Source: a virus (Duplodnaviria; Heunggongvirae; Uroviricota; Caudoviricetes). Taken from it: a DNA stretch of 64,000 nt. Positions 1 to 10,489 of this stretch are shown here, in pieces. The DNA lies in IMG/VR virus record IMGVR_UViG_2913167280_000003, positions 27,299-91,298 of that record; one strand, written 5' to 3'. The notes under the pieces were generated by a model. That model did not search any database, had not been told where the DNA came from, and worked only from the letters and a program-made list of their open reading frames with translations. Positions within the stretch are counted from its first letter, which is position 1, and each line of letters begins with the position of its first letter. The position numbers and the translations under genes were made by a program.

Positions 1-1042
1 ACTGACTTTTATTTGGATGCCATCCTGAAATAAATATCTTATTGATATTCTGAACATTATAAGCACCATCTAATTTCTCTTGCTGGCCCTCACCCCAAGC
101 TTTTACCCAGGACAGGCCTGGGATGTTACGCACCAGAAAATACGTATAGTCCCCGCCCCATACGACCTGATCATCATAGGCAAGGTAATATTGTGCACGG
201 TTACGTGTGATCTCCGTTGTTTCGGCATCGGTACCGGCGGTTATAGGTGTCGTTGTCTTAACTGAAATCGAGTTAGCTAAATTAGCCGCAGAATCGACAG
301 GCGTCAGATTTTGGCCAGCAACCAGAGTTATATCGCCGTTGGTACACCAGACCTTAAGCGTAATTGTCGAACCTTCCGGCGGTATTTGCCCAATTAGTCC
401 ATCGCCGAATCGAACGCCCAACTGTTCGGATGGTTTATAAAACTCAACATAGACCTGGCTTTTACTACCAGCTAACCGGAACATAGTGCTGGAAGACCAC
501 TGCGTAGTCTTACCATCGGTCGTCACGAATACTTCCAGCTTATAGCAGACAGCAGTGAGAGCCTTTGATAATACGACTTCCAGAAATTCTTTGGCCGCCG
601 TAACGGTATATGTCACCTCCTGAATTTCCAACTGCGCCACTTCTACCGTACCGGCGCCGTCAACCAATCTGCATACATCCATAGTCATGTAAGGGTACTG
701 GTCGTCAGATATTAAAGGCGTGTTTTTGGGGATTACCGCTGGGGCATCTTCACTTGTGGCTGTGATCTCAACCATCCCCGATGACGGTGTTGGTTTGGTA
801 CCAACGTAACTGTTCGTTTCTGCCGCTGCCAGGATAGAGGAACGCCGCGTCGCGGTCGATATAAAGCCTTCAGCCAGCGCCGCATCGGCATACTGAAAGC
901 ACCTGTATACAATCTGGGTAATAAACAATGTCAGCATCGAGACAAATTGAGAGCCGACAAACTTCGACCAGAATGAATCTTTCTCGACAAGCTCTTCAAA
1001 CTCTGCGCGAATACTGTCTTTAGTCGGTGTTGTTTTACTCAT
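1..1042 (-). CDS. virion (tail/baseplate) protein, N-terminal part only; gene runs off the window start
   Basis: Minus-strand ATG at 1042-1040 (MSKTTPTKDSIRAEF...) overlapping the stop of the upstream ORF; frame open to position 1; same strand block as sit. Confidence 0.45.
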   Translation of the reverse strand, partial: MSKTTPTKDSIRAEFEELVEKDSFWSKFVGSQFVSMLTLFITQIVYRCFQYADAALAEGFISTATRRSSILAAAETNSYVGTKPTPSSGMVEITATSEDAPAVIPKNTPLISDDQYPYMTMDVCRLVDGAGTVEVAQLEIQEVTYTVTAAKEFLEVVLSKALTAVCYKLEVFVTTDGKTTQWSSSTMFRLAGSKSQVYVEFYKPSEQLGVRFGDGLIGQIPPEGSTITLKVWCTNGDITLVAGQNLTPVDSAANLANSISVKTTTPITAGTDAETTEITRNRAQYYLAYDDQVVWGGDYTYFLVRNIPGLSWVKAWGEGQQEKLDGAYNVQNINKIFISGWHPNKSQ

Positions 1043-1398
1043 AGCACCACGTCCTGTGTGATAGTTATATCCCTGATACGAATGGATATTTTCAACTTAT
1101 CAAAAGCATCCCCCTCGGCTACTGACAAGCCAGAAATCGGTATGTCGGGTAAATCTACCGTCAGTTTTTGCAATAGCATTGCCTCAACCGCAATTTGAAC
1201 ATGCGACAAGTTGGTCGGTTCGTGTTTAAACTGCGGTAAAACATTGCCCCATGACGGATCGCCGTATACCTCACCCTGATAAGTGTTTAGCCACTCATAT
1301 AAACGAGCGCCCCAGGCCTCCTCCTGGGACTCATACGTTTTTACGCCGGATAACTCCAGCGTCAGCAAAGGATCAATTTCGTTATTGTTGGCCATCAA
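1039..1398 (-). CDS. small virion morphogenesis protein (119 aa)
   Basis: ORF in track; 4-bp overlaps with sit stop and with the next gene start indicate translational coupling in a late operon. Confidence 0.5.
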   Translation of the reverse strand: MMANNNEIDPLLTLELSGVKTYESQEEAWGARLYEWLNTYQGEVYGDPSWGNVLPQFKHEPTNLSHVQIAVEAMLLQKLTVDLPDIPISGLSVAEGDAFDKLKISIRIRDITITQDVVL

Positions 1399-4300
1399 TC
1401 AACTCTCGCGTAGTCATTCATCAACGGATCATCAATTGACAGTGGTACCGTGCGCATAACGCCCGGCTGAGGCGTGCTGACCTTTACGACAGTTCCCTGG
1501 CCTTTCGCCGAGTCTTTGGTGTGCTCTTCAATCCTGGCAAGCAATGAGGTCATCTGCGCAAACAGCCGCTTCGTTTCACCATCAAGTGAAACGGTATTAT
1601 CAGCCAACTGCATTGTCGGCTTGGCACCGGAACCGCCTAGGTCACTAATAACCTGCCCGTCTATCTGCATACGACCAGTTGGTTGCTGCAAATCGTTGGC
1701 GACAGTCGTCACTTGCGACGTGGTGGCTGGTTCAGGCGCATTACTTTTCCGCATCCCCGGCGCGTTGCGGACTTTATCGAACAGCCCATCTATCCCCATT
1801 TGTGCGCCGAGCTGGTCAAAGTAACTTGAGTTGTTAGCAACCGGACGCGCCTCTTCAACTGGCATAGGTGTATCAACATACACATTGCCAGCTGCCGTTG
1901 CGGTTCCCTTTCCTCGTGCACGTTCTTCGAGGGTTCCCTGGACGACTTCTCGACGCATCCCCCGGCCATTCATAAATTTGTTGACCAGATCGTTAACGCC
2001 AACAGCATTGCCGATTTTGTCTACCAGACCGTCTTTCTCAAACGGGCTATCACCAGGGGTAAACGCCAGGCCAGTAGACTGATCGATAACGGCGTTATCA
2101 GGCAGTGGTCCCATCACTCCAGATTGCGCCCCACCCTGTGCTCCTGCTCCAGGTGTATAGATTTCACCACCTAAATAGCGAGCACGATGAGTATTGACCT
2201 TGATCGCATACTCGCGGTTTTCCTTCGATAAGTCACCGGTGCCTTTTTTCCACTTATTAATAGTGCCAAACCCTGCGTTATATGCAGTGATGGCCTCGTT
2301 TAAGTCTCCATTGGCTTGCTTCAGATACTTGCTCATGAGAAGAGCCGCAGCTTCTGCCGATTTCACAGGATCAAACGATTCACCTTTAGCTAAGCCAGTC
2401 TCTTCACGAGCAATGCCCGTGAACTGAAACATCCCTAGAGCACCAGTTTGGGATTTTGCGTACGGATTACCACCAGATTCAGTTGCAGCAATCGCGTAAA
2501 GAGTGCCTTCAGGAAGACCATATTTATTCTCTAGTTCAGCAAAATACGGAGCTAACTTATCGAGATTTGCCTTACCTTCAGCGCCAAGGCTTCCGACTTT
2601 TACATCTAAGTTGCCATTATTGTAGGTATCAGCAGCTTTCTGAATGTCATTCCTAGTGCCGGTGGTATTACGCGACGATGATGACGAGCTATTTTGTCCA
2701 ATAGCTGTATCAATTTTCCGCACCGCGCTATTGCCCGTTTCTACGGCATTTGCATTGATAATCTGATTGGCAGTTTCTTTAACTGTTTTATTGCTATCTT
2801 TCGCCGTGTCCAGTGCCGCATTTATCACGCGGGTAGCAATATTAGTCTGTTTGGCATCGGATTCAGTTTTAGAATCAGATGTCTCCTGGTGGCTATTAAC
2901 CGGAGCTTTTAACTCTGGAGTGATTTCTTTTGCATTAGCCTCGCCGATCGGATTGGGTATTTTTGATACAATCATTGCCGCAGGGGTATTTTTAACGGCA
3001 TCAACCGCTGCATCTAATGCTTTACCGGGTAAATTTTTAACCCCATCCCAAATATTACCAGCCGCCTCTTTAATGTGTTTCCCTGGGTTCTTAATGAAGT
3101 CAATTGCACTATCAATTGCATCACTGAAAACCTGTTTCAGGTTATCGACAGTAAAGAAGTCTTTTATGGCATCCAGCTTTTCAAGCAACTTATTAGATGT
3201 ATCGCTAAACCATGCTGAAACAGCATCACCAATCTTTGCTGTGTAATCATCGAACTTGGTAGAAATGGTGTCGCCAATGTTAGAAATATATGTTTCTAAG
3301 TTGGTAATCCCACTATCAATGGCCTGGGCAATACTTTCCGTCGAAAATGATTGCAACATATTGCCGATATCCTCAAATCCAAGTGATTTGAGAACATCAC
3401 CAATAGCACTGCTAATACCAGATACCAGTCCCCCCATATCGAGAACATTGGCTAACGTATAAGCGGCTTTTTGCTGGAATGACGGATCTTGTCCTGATTT
3501 AAGCCCAAACGCTCGACGTTGCGCTTCTGTATCATTCCAACCGGTTACCGCATCATAAATACCTCCAGCCACTGTGCCGACTAGGGGAATTGCGCGTAAC
3601 GCCCCTTTACCAACTGCCTTTAACCCCAGTTTACCAGCTGCCCGGGCAGCCAAATCTCCGCCTTCATGGGCGAGAGTCTTCTTGCCCCCACCGCGTAGCA
3701 TTCCTACGAGTTTCTTTGCCCCCAGAGCGCCAAAAGCGAGTGCTCCCGCTTTTTTCAGCATGCCACGCCCCATTAATAACGACGCGACGCCTCCGGCCCC
3801 CTTCCCTAACAGGCTAAATAATTTGGACAGCAAGCCGCCCTTCTTTTTCCCGGTGTTTTTGCCTATCTGTTCAAGGGCGCGGAGAATCTTGTCATTGCCC
3901 TCTTTAATTTCGCTGGTCTGATCCTGAAGTTCCTGAACCGTCCGTTTTTGGGTGTTAACCTGAACGACATCGGCACTACTTTGCGATTTACGCCTAAAAA
4001 AACCTTTTCTACGGCTGTTATCGTCATTGCCACGAATCACATCAGCAATAGACTTTCTGGCACCATTAAGCGATCCGCCAACTTCTTTTGATATCCCGCC
4101 AAGCTCTTTTCCCGCTGCCCACAATGGGTCAGCAACGGCATAACCTAAAGCATCGACGGCACGAGTCTCTGAAGGGTTACCTATACCTTCAGCTACTTTT
4201 GACAGTTTTTTTAATAAACCTGATTCAGCATTTAGACGCTCATCATCCTCTTTGCGCCTGGCCTTTTCAGCGCGTTCAGCACGGGCATCTTCCGATGCGG

Positions 4301-4787
4301 CCTTACTCCCTGACTTTCCAATAAAACGACCACGCGCATCGCGTTGGTTTTGGCTTTTTTGCGTACCGCCTTTTTGACCAAACATTTCGCGGGCGTGTTC
4401 GGCTGCTTCGGTCCGTTGCGCCTTTACATCTTCTGTTATAGCCTTCCTGCGTCGTTTTTTATCCTTTCGCGTAGTTGATTTGGCCTGCGGTTCCTGTAGA
4501 GCAACATCCTCCTGAACTACACGAGGAACGTCCCCTAAATTAAGCCGTTTCATTGCCTCAACAATAGGGTCCACTGATGGCGCTTTGGCCACAAAGTCTG
4601 GCTGGGAATGTTCGATTGTGCGATTTAATGCCGACACACTGCGAGAGACAGGATCAACAGTTGCAACTCGCCCCCCTTTCAAATCTTCAACAGCTTCCCG
4701 AATACCTGCAAGCTCTTCCAGCTCTTTTGCGCTGGCGGTTTCAACCGTCCTTATCACATCGTCAATGTTGGCGTTTTTTCTTTCCAT
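1395..4787 (-). CDS. sit: Sit-like tail tape-measure/injection protein with lytic transglycosylase domain (1130 aa)
   Basis: SLT motifs (AIAATESGGNPYA, GALGMFQF) inside a 1130-aa Ala/Gly/Lys-rich protein; size and position fit P1 Sit. Confidence 0.8.
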   Translation of the reverse strand: MERKNANIDDVIRTVETASAKELEELAGIREAVEDLKGGRVATVDPVSRSVSALNRTIEHSQPDFVAKAPSVDPIVEAMKRLNLGDVPRVVQEDVALQEPQAKSTTRKDKKRRRKAITEDVKAQRTEAAEHAREMFGQKGGTQKSQNQRDARGRFIGKSGSKAASEDARAERAEKARRKEDDERLNAESGLLKKLSKVAEGIGNPSETRAVDALGYAVADPLWAAGKELGGISKEVGGSLNGARKSIADVIRGNDDNSRRKGFFRRKSQSSADVVQVNTQKRTVQELQDQTSEIKEGNDKILRALEQIGKNTGKKKGGLLSKLFSLLGKGAGGVASLLMGRGMLKKAGALAFGALGAKKLVGMLRGGGKKTLAHEGGDLAARAAGKLGLKAVGKGALRAIPLVGTVAGGIYDAVTGWNDTEAQRRAFGLKSGQDPSFQQKAAYTLANVLDMGGLVSGISSAIGDVLKSLGFEDIGNMLQSFSTESIAQAIDSGITNLETYISNIGDTISTKFDDYTAKIGDAVSAWFSDTSNKLLEKLDAIKDFFTVDNLKQVFSDAIDSAIDFIKNPGKHIKEAAGNIWDGVKNLPGKALDAAVDAVKNTPAAMIVSKIPNPIGEANAKEITPELKAPVNSHQETSDSKTESDAKQTNIATRVINAALDTAKDSNKTVKETANQIINANAVETGNSAVRKIDTAIGQNSSSSSSRNTTGTRNDIQKAADTYNNGNLDVKVGSLGAEGKANLDKLAPYFAELENKYGLPEGTLYAIAATESGGNPYAKSQTGALGMFQFTGIAREETGLAKGESFDPVKSAEAAALLMSKYLKQANGDLNEAITAYNAGFGTINKWKKGTGDLSKENREYAIKVNTHRARYLGGEIYTPGAGAQGGAQSGVMGPLPDNAVIDQSTGLAFTPGDSPFEKDGLVDKIGNAVGVNDLVNKFMNGRGMRREVVQGTLEERARGKGTATAAGNVYVDTPMPVEEARPVANNSSYFDQLGAQMGIDGLFDKVRNAPGMRKSNAPEPATTSQVTTVANDLQQPTGRMQIDGQVISDLGGSGAKPTMQLADNTVSLDGETKRLFAQMTSLLARIEEHTKDSAKGQGTVVKVSTPQPGVMRTVPLSIDDPLMNDYARVD

Positions 4788-4868
4788 GATCTTATCGCCT
4801 ACCGCTTCGGTTTAAGTTTTTCTTCCAGTTTCTCCAACAGGAAAAACGCATAGGATTCAGTGAGCCTT

Positions 4869-5750
4869 TCAGCGTCCTGAATCGGTATACCCCCATACAA
4901 AACCAGGTTGGACACTAAGGTCTGATAGCTTTTCAATCCCCACCTGTGGAATGAAGTCGGTAGCCCGAAAGGGCACCCACAGACGGGTATACGCACCCTC
5001 TGTGGACTCCTTTGTATCCTGGTTTGGGCATTTGTGCGGCGGGAGACGAAGTCGCATTTCGCCTTTATCGATGTAGCACGGTAAACCATGTTCGAGCTTT
5101 TCATGAGCCAGCCGGATGTGTGCCGCCAGCTTCATAAATTCAGTATCAATGGCCATCCGTTTGATCGTTTCATAACGACGCTCAGCCTGCTCTTCACGAG
5201 TACCGCTAACATCGTTATAAAGTTCACACTGATAAGCGAATTCCCAAAAACGCAAATCAACGATCGCTTCTTTGAATTCCGCGTCGTCTTCAGGTGGCAA
5301 TGCTGCACGGCGCATCCCCAGCATTTCCATTGCCCAACCATCAAGCGGCACGATACGCCATTGATAAGGCACGCCCTCTACAGACACCTCAATATCGTCA
5401 ATGAACGGTTCCACTTCCAGGACCTGGATATCTTCAGCCAGAGCATTCATATCGCAATCGTAATAATGCTCTTTACCGCAATGTTTACAGGTGTAGGTAA
5501 ATGTCTCGATCGGTGTTTCGCGGGAGCCAGTAAATATCCACCATAACGCGGTAATCCGGTCCTGTGCCGTCCATTTCAGTGGATCATGTTTCGCAGGTTC
5601 AGCCAGCAAGGCTTTTAAATACGCCGTTGTTTGCTGTTCTTGTTCCTCCGGTGTTATCGAGTTGAAACGCATCGCATCAGCAATATTTGGCTGACGGAAC
5701 TGGATTAATTCAGTTGGCCGCGATGGTAGAGGGAAAAGGGGTAAAAGCAT
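4869..5750 (-). CDS. hypothetical virion morphogenesis protein (293 aa)
   Basis: Long ORF in the minus-strand structural block between sit and tail genes; contains CxxC pair (CKHCGKEHYYDC); no family recognised. Confidence 0.5.
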   Translation of the reverse strand: MLLPLFPLPSRPTELIQFRQPNIADAMRFNSITPEEQEQQTTAYLKALLAEPAKHDPLKWTAQDRITALWWIFTGSRETPIETFTYTCKHCGKEHYYDCDMNALAEDIQVLEVEPFIDDIEVSVEGVPYQWRIVPLDGWAMEMLGMRRAALPPEDDAEFKEAIVDLRFWEFAYQCELYNDVSGTREEQAERRYETIKRMAIDTEFMKLAAHIRLAHEKLEHGLPCYIDKGEMRLRLPPHKCPNQDTKESTEGAYTRLWVPFRATDFIPQVGIEKLSDLSVQPGFVWGYTDSGR

Positions 5751-5764
5751 CCTTGCTCCTTAAT

Positions 5765-6376
5765 TTAAAGCGAAAAACTAAAGCCCAGAAGGGAAGCCAA
5801 AGAACTTGAGGATTGGTTAAACGTGCTGTGCAATGCGAAGGTCATTGGGAATGACTTAAATTCCGTAACCTGATCCCGTGCATAGGTGACATCGCCGGTA
5901 GTGATCGGGAATACCGTCATCTCATTTTCCAGTTTTGTTAAACCGGAAGACAGCAACCGATAAATACGCACATTGAGCAAATATTTAGACGGTATGTTCC
6001 CGGTACCGTCCGGATTGATCACCCGACTTTTTGCCGTTTTAAACCAGTCCAAAACGAGGCCATCAACGGTATCCCTGACCATCATTGTTATCTGCCCAGG
6101 CGAACGCTCCGTTGGCTGAAGAATATTCCCTCCGCCGATTTTAATCGTTTCATATTCGATGCTGTAATCGTGGTAGGTAATGTCTTTAGCAAAGAAGTCT
6201 GCCCCCTCCAGTCCATCAACTTCGACAGAGAACTGCCATCCTTGCGCGAACAGCATTTTGTTCATGATGATTGACGTCAGCTTACCGACTTCCCGCTCAC
6301 CAACGCCGGAGCCAAATAATGTCGTCGTAAATGCCGAAGATACATAAGACTTTACTGATGCAACATTAAGTCCCAT
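5765..6376 (-). CDS. hypothetical tail structural protein (203 aa)
   Basis: ORF tightly packed (10-bp gap to next gene) in structural operon; no motif recognised. Confidence 0.5.
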   Translation of the reverse strand: MGLNVASVKSYVSSAFTTTLFGSGVGEREVGKLTSIIMNKMLFAQGWQFSVEVDGLEGADFFAKDITYHDYSIEYETIKIGGGNILQPTERSPGQITMMVRDTVDGLVLDWFKTAKSRVINPDGTGNIPSKYLLNVRIYRLLSSGLTKLENEMTVFPITTGDVTYARDQVTEFKSFPMTFALHSTFNQSSSSLASLLGFSFSL

Positions 6377-6386
6377 ATCAGCCCCC

Positions 6387-7004
<618 letters not shown>

Positions 7005-7106
7005 TCCATTGAGTGGGAATATTGCCGTCTGGGAGTAATATGGTATCATTAAGTTAGAGTAGGTAGTGTAGATGGAATGAGGAGTATCATATGGTTATCA
7101 CACAAT

Positions 7107-7136
7107 CAGGTTGCTTTGAGTCAGGTTGTTTTGAGT
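7107..7136. repeat. tandem 15-bp direct repeat (CAGGTTGCTTTGAGT x2, one mismatch)
   Basis: Seen directly; sits just upstream of a terminator hairpin in the divergent intergenic region. Confidence 0.7.
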
Positions 7137-7147
7137 AAAACAATAAA

Positions 7148-7172
7148 ACGCCCTTTAATGGGCGTATTTTTT
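7148..7172 (+). terminator. intrinsic terminator-like hairpin (ACGCCC-TTTAAT-GGGCGT followed by T-run)
   Basis: 6-bp GC-rich stem followed by ATTTTTT; 10 bp upstream of the 7183 ATG. Confidence 0.55.
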
Positions 7173-7182
7173 AGGATTTAAA

Positions 7183-8076
7183 ATGCATTCTTTACAGAAA
7201 TACATAAAACATAAATATACTCACTTAACTTTTTTTCTCTCATTACTTTTTTTCATGATATTTGAATCGCGAGAAGATCTTATCAAGAAAATATTATCTT
7301 TTTCTCTCAATGAAGTTTTACCATTCTTAATGTTTGCGTTCTTCTCCGTATTTATCAGCATAACGATAAAGGAAAAGATAGCAAAGAAATACCCAGAAAC
7401 AAACGATGGGATTACCATTATAGCTTTAATCTTTGGTGTAACACTATATAGTGTGTTTATCTTATATTATTTATATGGTGATGTATACCAATCCACAATT
7501 GCTTTACTTATAAGTTCTGTGCTACTTGGTTCTGGGTGGTGGGTTCAGGCTACTGTGAGTAAAGTAGCCGCAAGAAAATCACACACCTTAAATACACTAA
7601 TGAATCAAAGAAACAGTGAATTATTTCACAAGAAAGTTTCATCGGTAGCGAATACGTTCGGGCTTAGAAAAACCATAAATGAAATTATTGCCAAACAAAG
7701 ACTTGTCCCAAATGATAAAGATTTAAAAAATAAAAAGGTCCATGATGAATACATATCAGCAGGTAATGATATGTTCTTCGTTCTTAATTATTATGAATTT
7801 ATCTGTTCAGGAATAATAAATGGGGACTTTGATGAAGATTCAATGAGAGAATGTCTTGGACAAATTGTTCCAGGTCTCGAAGTTAGAGCATTTCATTTTA
7901 TAAGAATTGCAAGAGAAATTTCAGGGAGTAGCTGCTTCTGTAATTTTGTCGCTGTTTCAGACAAATGGTCTACTAATGGAGGCTCTCTTATTCTCAGACA
8001 CGAGAAAGGAGAACCTGTGATTAATAACCTGACCCATTGCTTTGAAGAAACAGACTGTTTTAACATAACTTCTTAA
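7183..8076 (+). CDS. AT-rich accessory membrane protein, about 4 predicted TM helices plus ~170-aa C-terminal domain (297 aa)
   Basis: Hydrophobic segments LTFFLSLLFFMIF, LPFLMFAFFSVFISITI, ITIIALIFGVTLYSVFILYYLYG, IALLISSVLLGSGWW; AT-rich composition unlike flanking backbone; hairpins on both sides. Confidence 0.6.
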   Translation: MHSLQKYIKHKYTHLTFFLSLLFFMIFESREDLIKKILSFSLNEVLPFLMFAFFSVFISITIKEKIAKKYPETNDGITIIALIFGVTLYSVFILYYLYGDVYQSTIALLISSVLLGSGWWVQATVSKVAARKSHTLNTLMNQRNSELFHKKVSSVANTFGLRKTINEIIAKQRLVPNDKDLKNKKVHDEYISAGNDMFFVLNYYEFICSGIINGDFDEDSMRECLGQIVPGLEVRAFHFIRIAREISGSSCFCNFVAVSDKWSTNGGSLILRHEKGEPVINNLTHCFEETDCFNITS

Positions 8077-8082
8077 TATTTT

Positions 8083-8109
8083 GTAACCCATAATCGCTTT
8101 ATGGGTTAC
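8083..8109 (+). terminator. hairpin downstream of the 297-aa gene (GTAACCCA...TGGGTTAC)
   Basis: 8-bp perfect stem with 11-nt loop; no strong T-run, so terminator function uncertain. Confidence 0.35.
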
Positions 8110-8130
8110 GTTAAATTTGCAATAAAAAAA

Positions 8131-8311
8131 TCAATCGCCGGGCTTTAAGCATCCATCGTTTTTGGCTTGTTGATATAACTTACTTAGCCCAGAAAGAGGG
8201 AATGTGGCAATTTTTTCATTATCAACATAAGCATCAATCACATTAGCATTTGAATCTGCTGCATCCTGCCAAAAGGCATACCACCAAGAATCTCCAACCA
8301 TTGACCCAAGA
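8131..8311 (-). pseudogene. remnant of a paralog of the 154-aa gene (C-terminal ~57 codons only)
   Basis: Minus-strand translation ...DSWWYAFWQDAADSNANVIDAYVDNEKIATFPLSGLSKLYQQAKNDGCLKPGD* aligns with C-terminus of ORF 9673-10137 (...REWYSFWKSASATKEKNMDVYIG...SSIYKEAKNDGCLK); no intact N-terminus. Confidence 0.45.
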
Positions 8312-8400
8312 GGGATTTGACGTCTTCGAGTAATTGTCGTTGTGTCATTGACACCTCGTAGAATCTGGTGTGTTAACCGATTCTACGAGTTATCATTTGT
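8312..8400. repeat. ~88-bp direct repeat copy 2, including duplicated start codon and 12 codons ([12 protein letters not shown]) of the 188-aa gene
   Basis: Near-identical to 6917-7004; the duplicated start at 8346 is followed by a stop after about 36 codons. Confidence 0.85.
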
Positions 8401-8501
8401 TACCGGTCAGTCTACACATTTCAGATGCTGCGTTAAAAAACTCAAGAGCTTCAAGTAGCATATCGTCATCAACACCCAGCCCGAAGATGCTGAGATAAAA
8501 T

Positions 8502-9686
8502 TCAAGCTTTAAGAGGCTTTGTGTATGTTCGTGTAATCCATCCAGTAATAAACTCGTCCCCTGATTTAACCTGCACGAAAAGCCATTGGCGATCTTTTTT
8601 ATCTAAAATAGCAACAATTGTATTTTTACCAATGCACTCTATCACTTCACTATTTAAAGAAGGACTGACATGTAATCTTACATTATCACCTGTTATAGCT
8701 CTAAAATTATTAAGATCCTCCCACTGAATATCTTTATTTTCTTGTGTTAGCTTTTGCTTAGATATTGGCTTATCCTCATTTAGGGATAGAATATATGATT
8801 CCATCCCGTAAATTTGCGATAATGTTTTTTCTTTCGCATAATCAGTTATAGCGCCAAGAAATACTTGACACAAAATCCACAGAAGAAAAGTCTGAACAGG
8901 AGAAGGAAGCGCCTTAAATGAATCAATAAACGTCGAACTAGATTTATTTAATCCTTTGTCTTGAGCATCACTTTCAGTGTGTGATGTTTCAATGGCACCT
9001 TCGATATAAGCCTGTGCAATTGTTGAAAGACCTTGCTCCATTATTTGATGAAATGAAGCCTTTTGTGCTTGAGTATATTGATTTAATAATTCTTTTATTT
9101 CATTGTTTAAATCTATCTTGTGAGTTACATTTTTCCGCAATTCATTAAGCATTGCTTGCATGTTATTCAAGCCAGCTTGCTTATTAAGCATCTCGAACTG
9201 GTTTCGTAACGGCATAGCTATTTCGGCCTGTTTCCTTAGCATTTGAATGTGTTTATTTGCATCATGAGTGGAAAAAGCCTGAGCCTGTTTCTGTAAAATA
9301 TCAATATGTTTACGAAACTCGTTGCCTATTCCTGCCAGTTTCGGCATATTCTCAAACTGTTTTCGAATAGAATCACTAACTATGGATTGCAAATTAAATC
9401 TTGCTATTTGTTCTTGAGCTAGCTGTCCTATTCTTAACTGTTTTTGCAAGTTTGCCATATGTTCTTTATACGATGGAATGATTGCGTTTTTTTGCAGTTC
9501 CGCCAACTGTCTAACCAAATTATTAGAAGCATAATCTGATTTTAATAAATCACTTACCGATTTATATTCGGGCATTTTGATTTTATTTAAATCATCACGC
9601 CAAGTAATATTTGAATCTTTATTATAAAGATCGCTTACTGAGCCAAGAGCAAGTTTTTTAATGTCCTTCACTTTATTCACCGTCAT
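8502..9686 (-). CDS. accessory protein with helical repeat region and C-terminal SH3-like domain (394 aa)
   Basis: Repeated helical motifs (LQKQAQAF, MLRKQAEIA, MLNKQAGL) and C-terminal segment NVRLHVSPSLNSEVIECIGKNTIVAILDKKDRQWLFVQVKSGDEFITGWITRTY resembling bacterial SH3 domains; AT-rich. Confidence 0.6.
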   Translation of the reverse strand: MTVNKVKDIKKLALGSVSDLYNKDSNITWRDDLNKIKMPEYKSVSDLLKSDYASNNLVRQLAELQKNAIIPSYKEHMANLQKQLRIGQLAQEQIARFNLQSIVSDSIRKQFENMPKLAGIGNEFRKHIDILQKQAQAFSTHDANKHIQMLRKQAEIAMPLRNQFEMLNKQAGLNNMQAMLNELRKNVTHKIDLNNEIKELLNQYTQAQKASFHQIMEQGLSTIAQAYIEGAIETSHTESDAQDKGLNKSSSTFIDSFKALPSPVQTFLLWILCQVFLGAITDYAKEKTLSQIYGMESYILSLNEDKPISKQKLTQENKDIQWEDLNNFRAITGDNVRLHVSPSLNSEVIECIGKNTIVAILDKKDRQWLFVQVKSGDEFITGWITRTYTKPLKA

Positions 9687-10137
9687 CTTGCTTTAAACAC
9701 CCATCATTTTTAGCTTCCTTGTAAATACTTGAAATGCCATCAAGAGAGAATGATGTAATTCGACGCGATCCGATATATACATCCATGTTTTTTTCTTTTG
9801 TGGCTGACGCTGACTTCCAAAAAGAATACCATTCCCTACGATTAGGAGAAGTGTTTTGCGTGCCAATATTAAAACTATCCGAACCAACAATTAAAGTAAT
9901 TACATCTGCTTTACGAGAAATTGTGTCGCGTGTAGAAAAATCGGCATTCTCTTTTCCTCCGCTTACATACAAATTTCTTCCAGCGATATGGTCTTCAGAA
10001 CCATCCCTTGCACCAGCATCACAAGAAAAATTAATTGTATAGCCATCCTCATGACATGCTCCGGCAAAGCGCCTCATTTGACGCTCCTGTTGACCATCTT
10101 GTCTTAACTGGAATTTAAATGCTTGTAGTCGTTTCAT
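9673..10137 (-). CDS. accessory protein of unknown function (154 aa), first gene of two-gene operon
   Basis: ORF overlapping downstream gene by 14 bp; a degenerate partial copy exists at 8131-8311. Confidence 0.55.
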   Translation of the reverse strand: MKRLQAFKFQLRQDGQQERQMRRFAGACHEDGYTINFSCDAGARDGSEDHIAGRNLYVSGGKENADFSTRDTISRKADVITLIVGSDSFNIGTQNTSPNRREWYSFWKSASATKEKNMDVYIGSRRITSFSLDGISSIYKEAKNDGCLKQDDGE

Positions 10138-10299
10138 CCCACTATTTTAAACAAAAACAGTTAGGTGGAGAACCGCGCCTTATATCCCCACCCTGAAGGA
10201 CGGGGTTTTACGGCGCACCGGATAACTCATTTAGGGTACATATTTTCGCCTTTAAAAAAAAGAGGTTATTAGATCCATTTGTGTATTTATTAAACAGAT

Positions 10300-10316
10300 A
10301 ATGCTCTAATAAATTT
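10300..10316 (+). promoter_or_regulatory. C1 operator-like site (AATGCTCTAATAAATTT), Op51 position upstream of immI
   Basis: 16/17 match to the P1 C1 operator consensus ATTGCTCTAATAAATTT; upstream of c4/icd/ant. Confidence 0.75.
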
Positions 10317-10489
10317 GTATTTTTAAGTCGCGAATGCTATCTTTTCGCATCATATTGACCTTTTAATCGTTCAGGCTTATAGTTCCGCCGTCGTAGCAAA
10401 TTCTGCGACCAGGTTTGACAGCCTGAAAACTTACGCGGACAACCGCACATTTCCGATATTGCGGTATTTTTGTGTCCGTAAAACCACGT

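Noticed and set aside
4799-5104. 101-aa minus-strand ORF overlapping the 3' part of gene 4869-5750
   Set aside because: Alternative frame largely inside a longer ORF; no independent start signals.
10138-10299. Retron-like ncRNA or other structured RNA upstream of the 154-aa gene
   Set aside because: Only weak 5-bp inverted repeats and no reverse transcriptase nearby; the region is better explained as the divergent promoter/operator interval.
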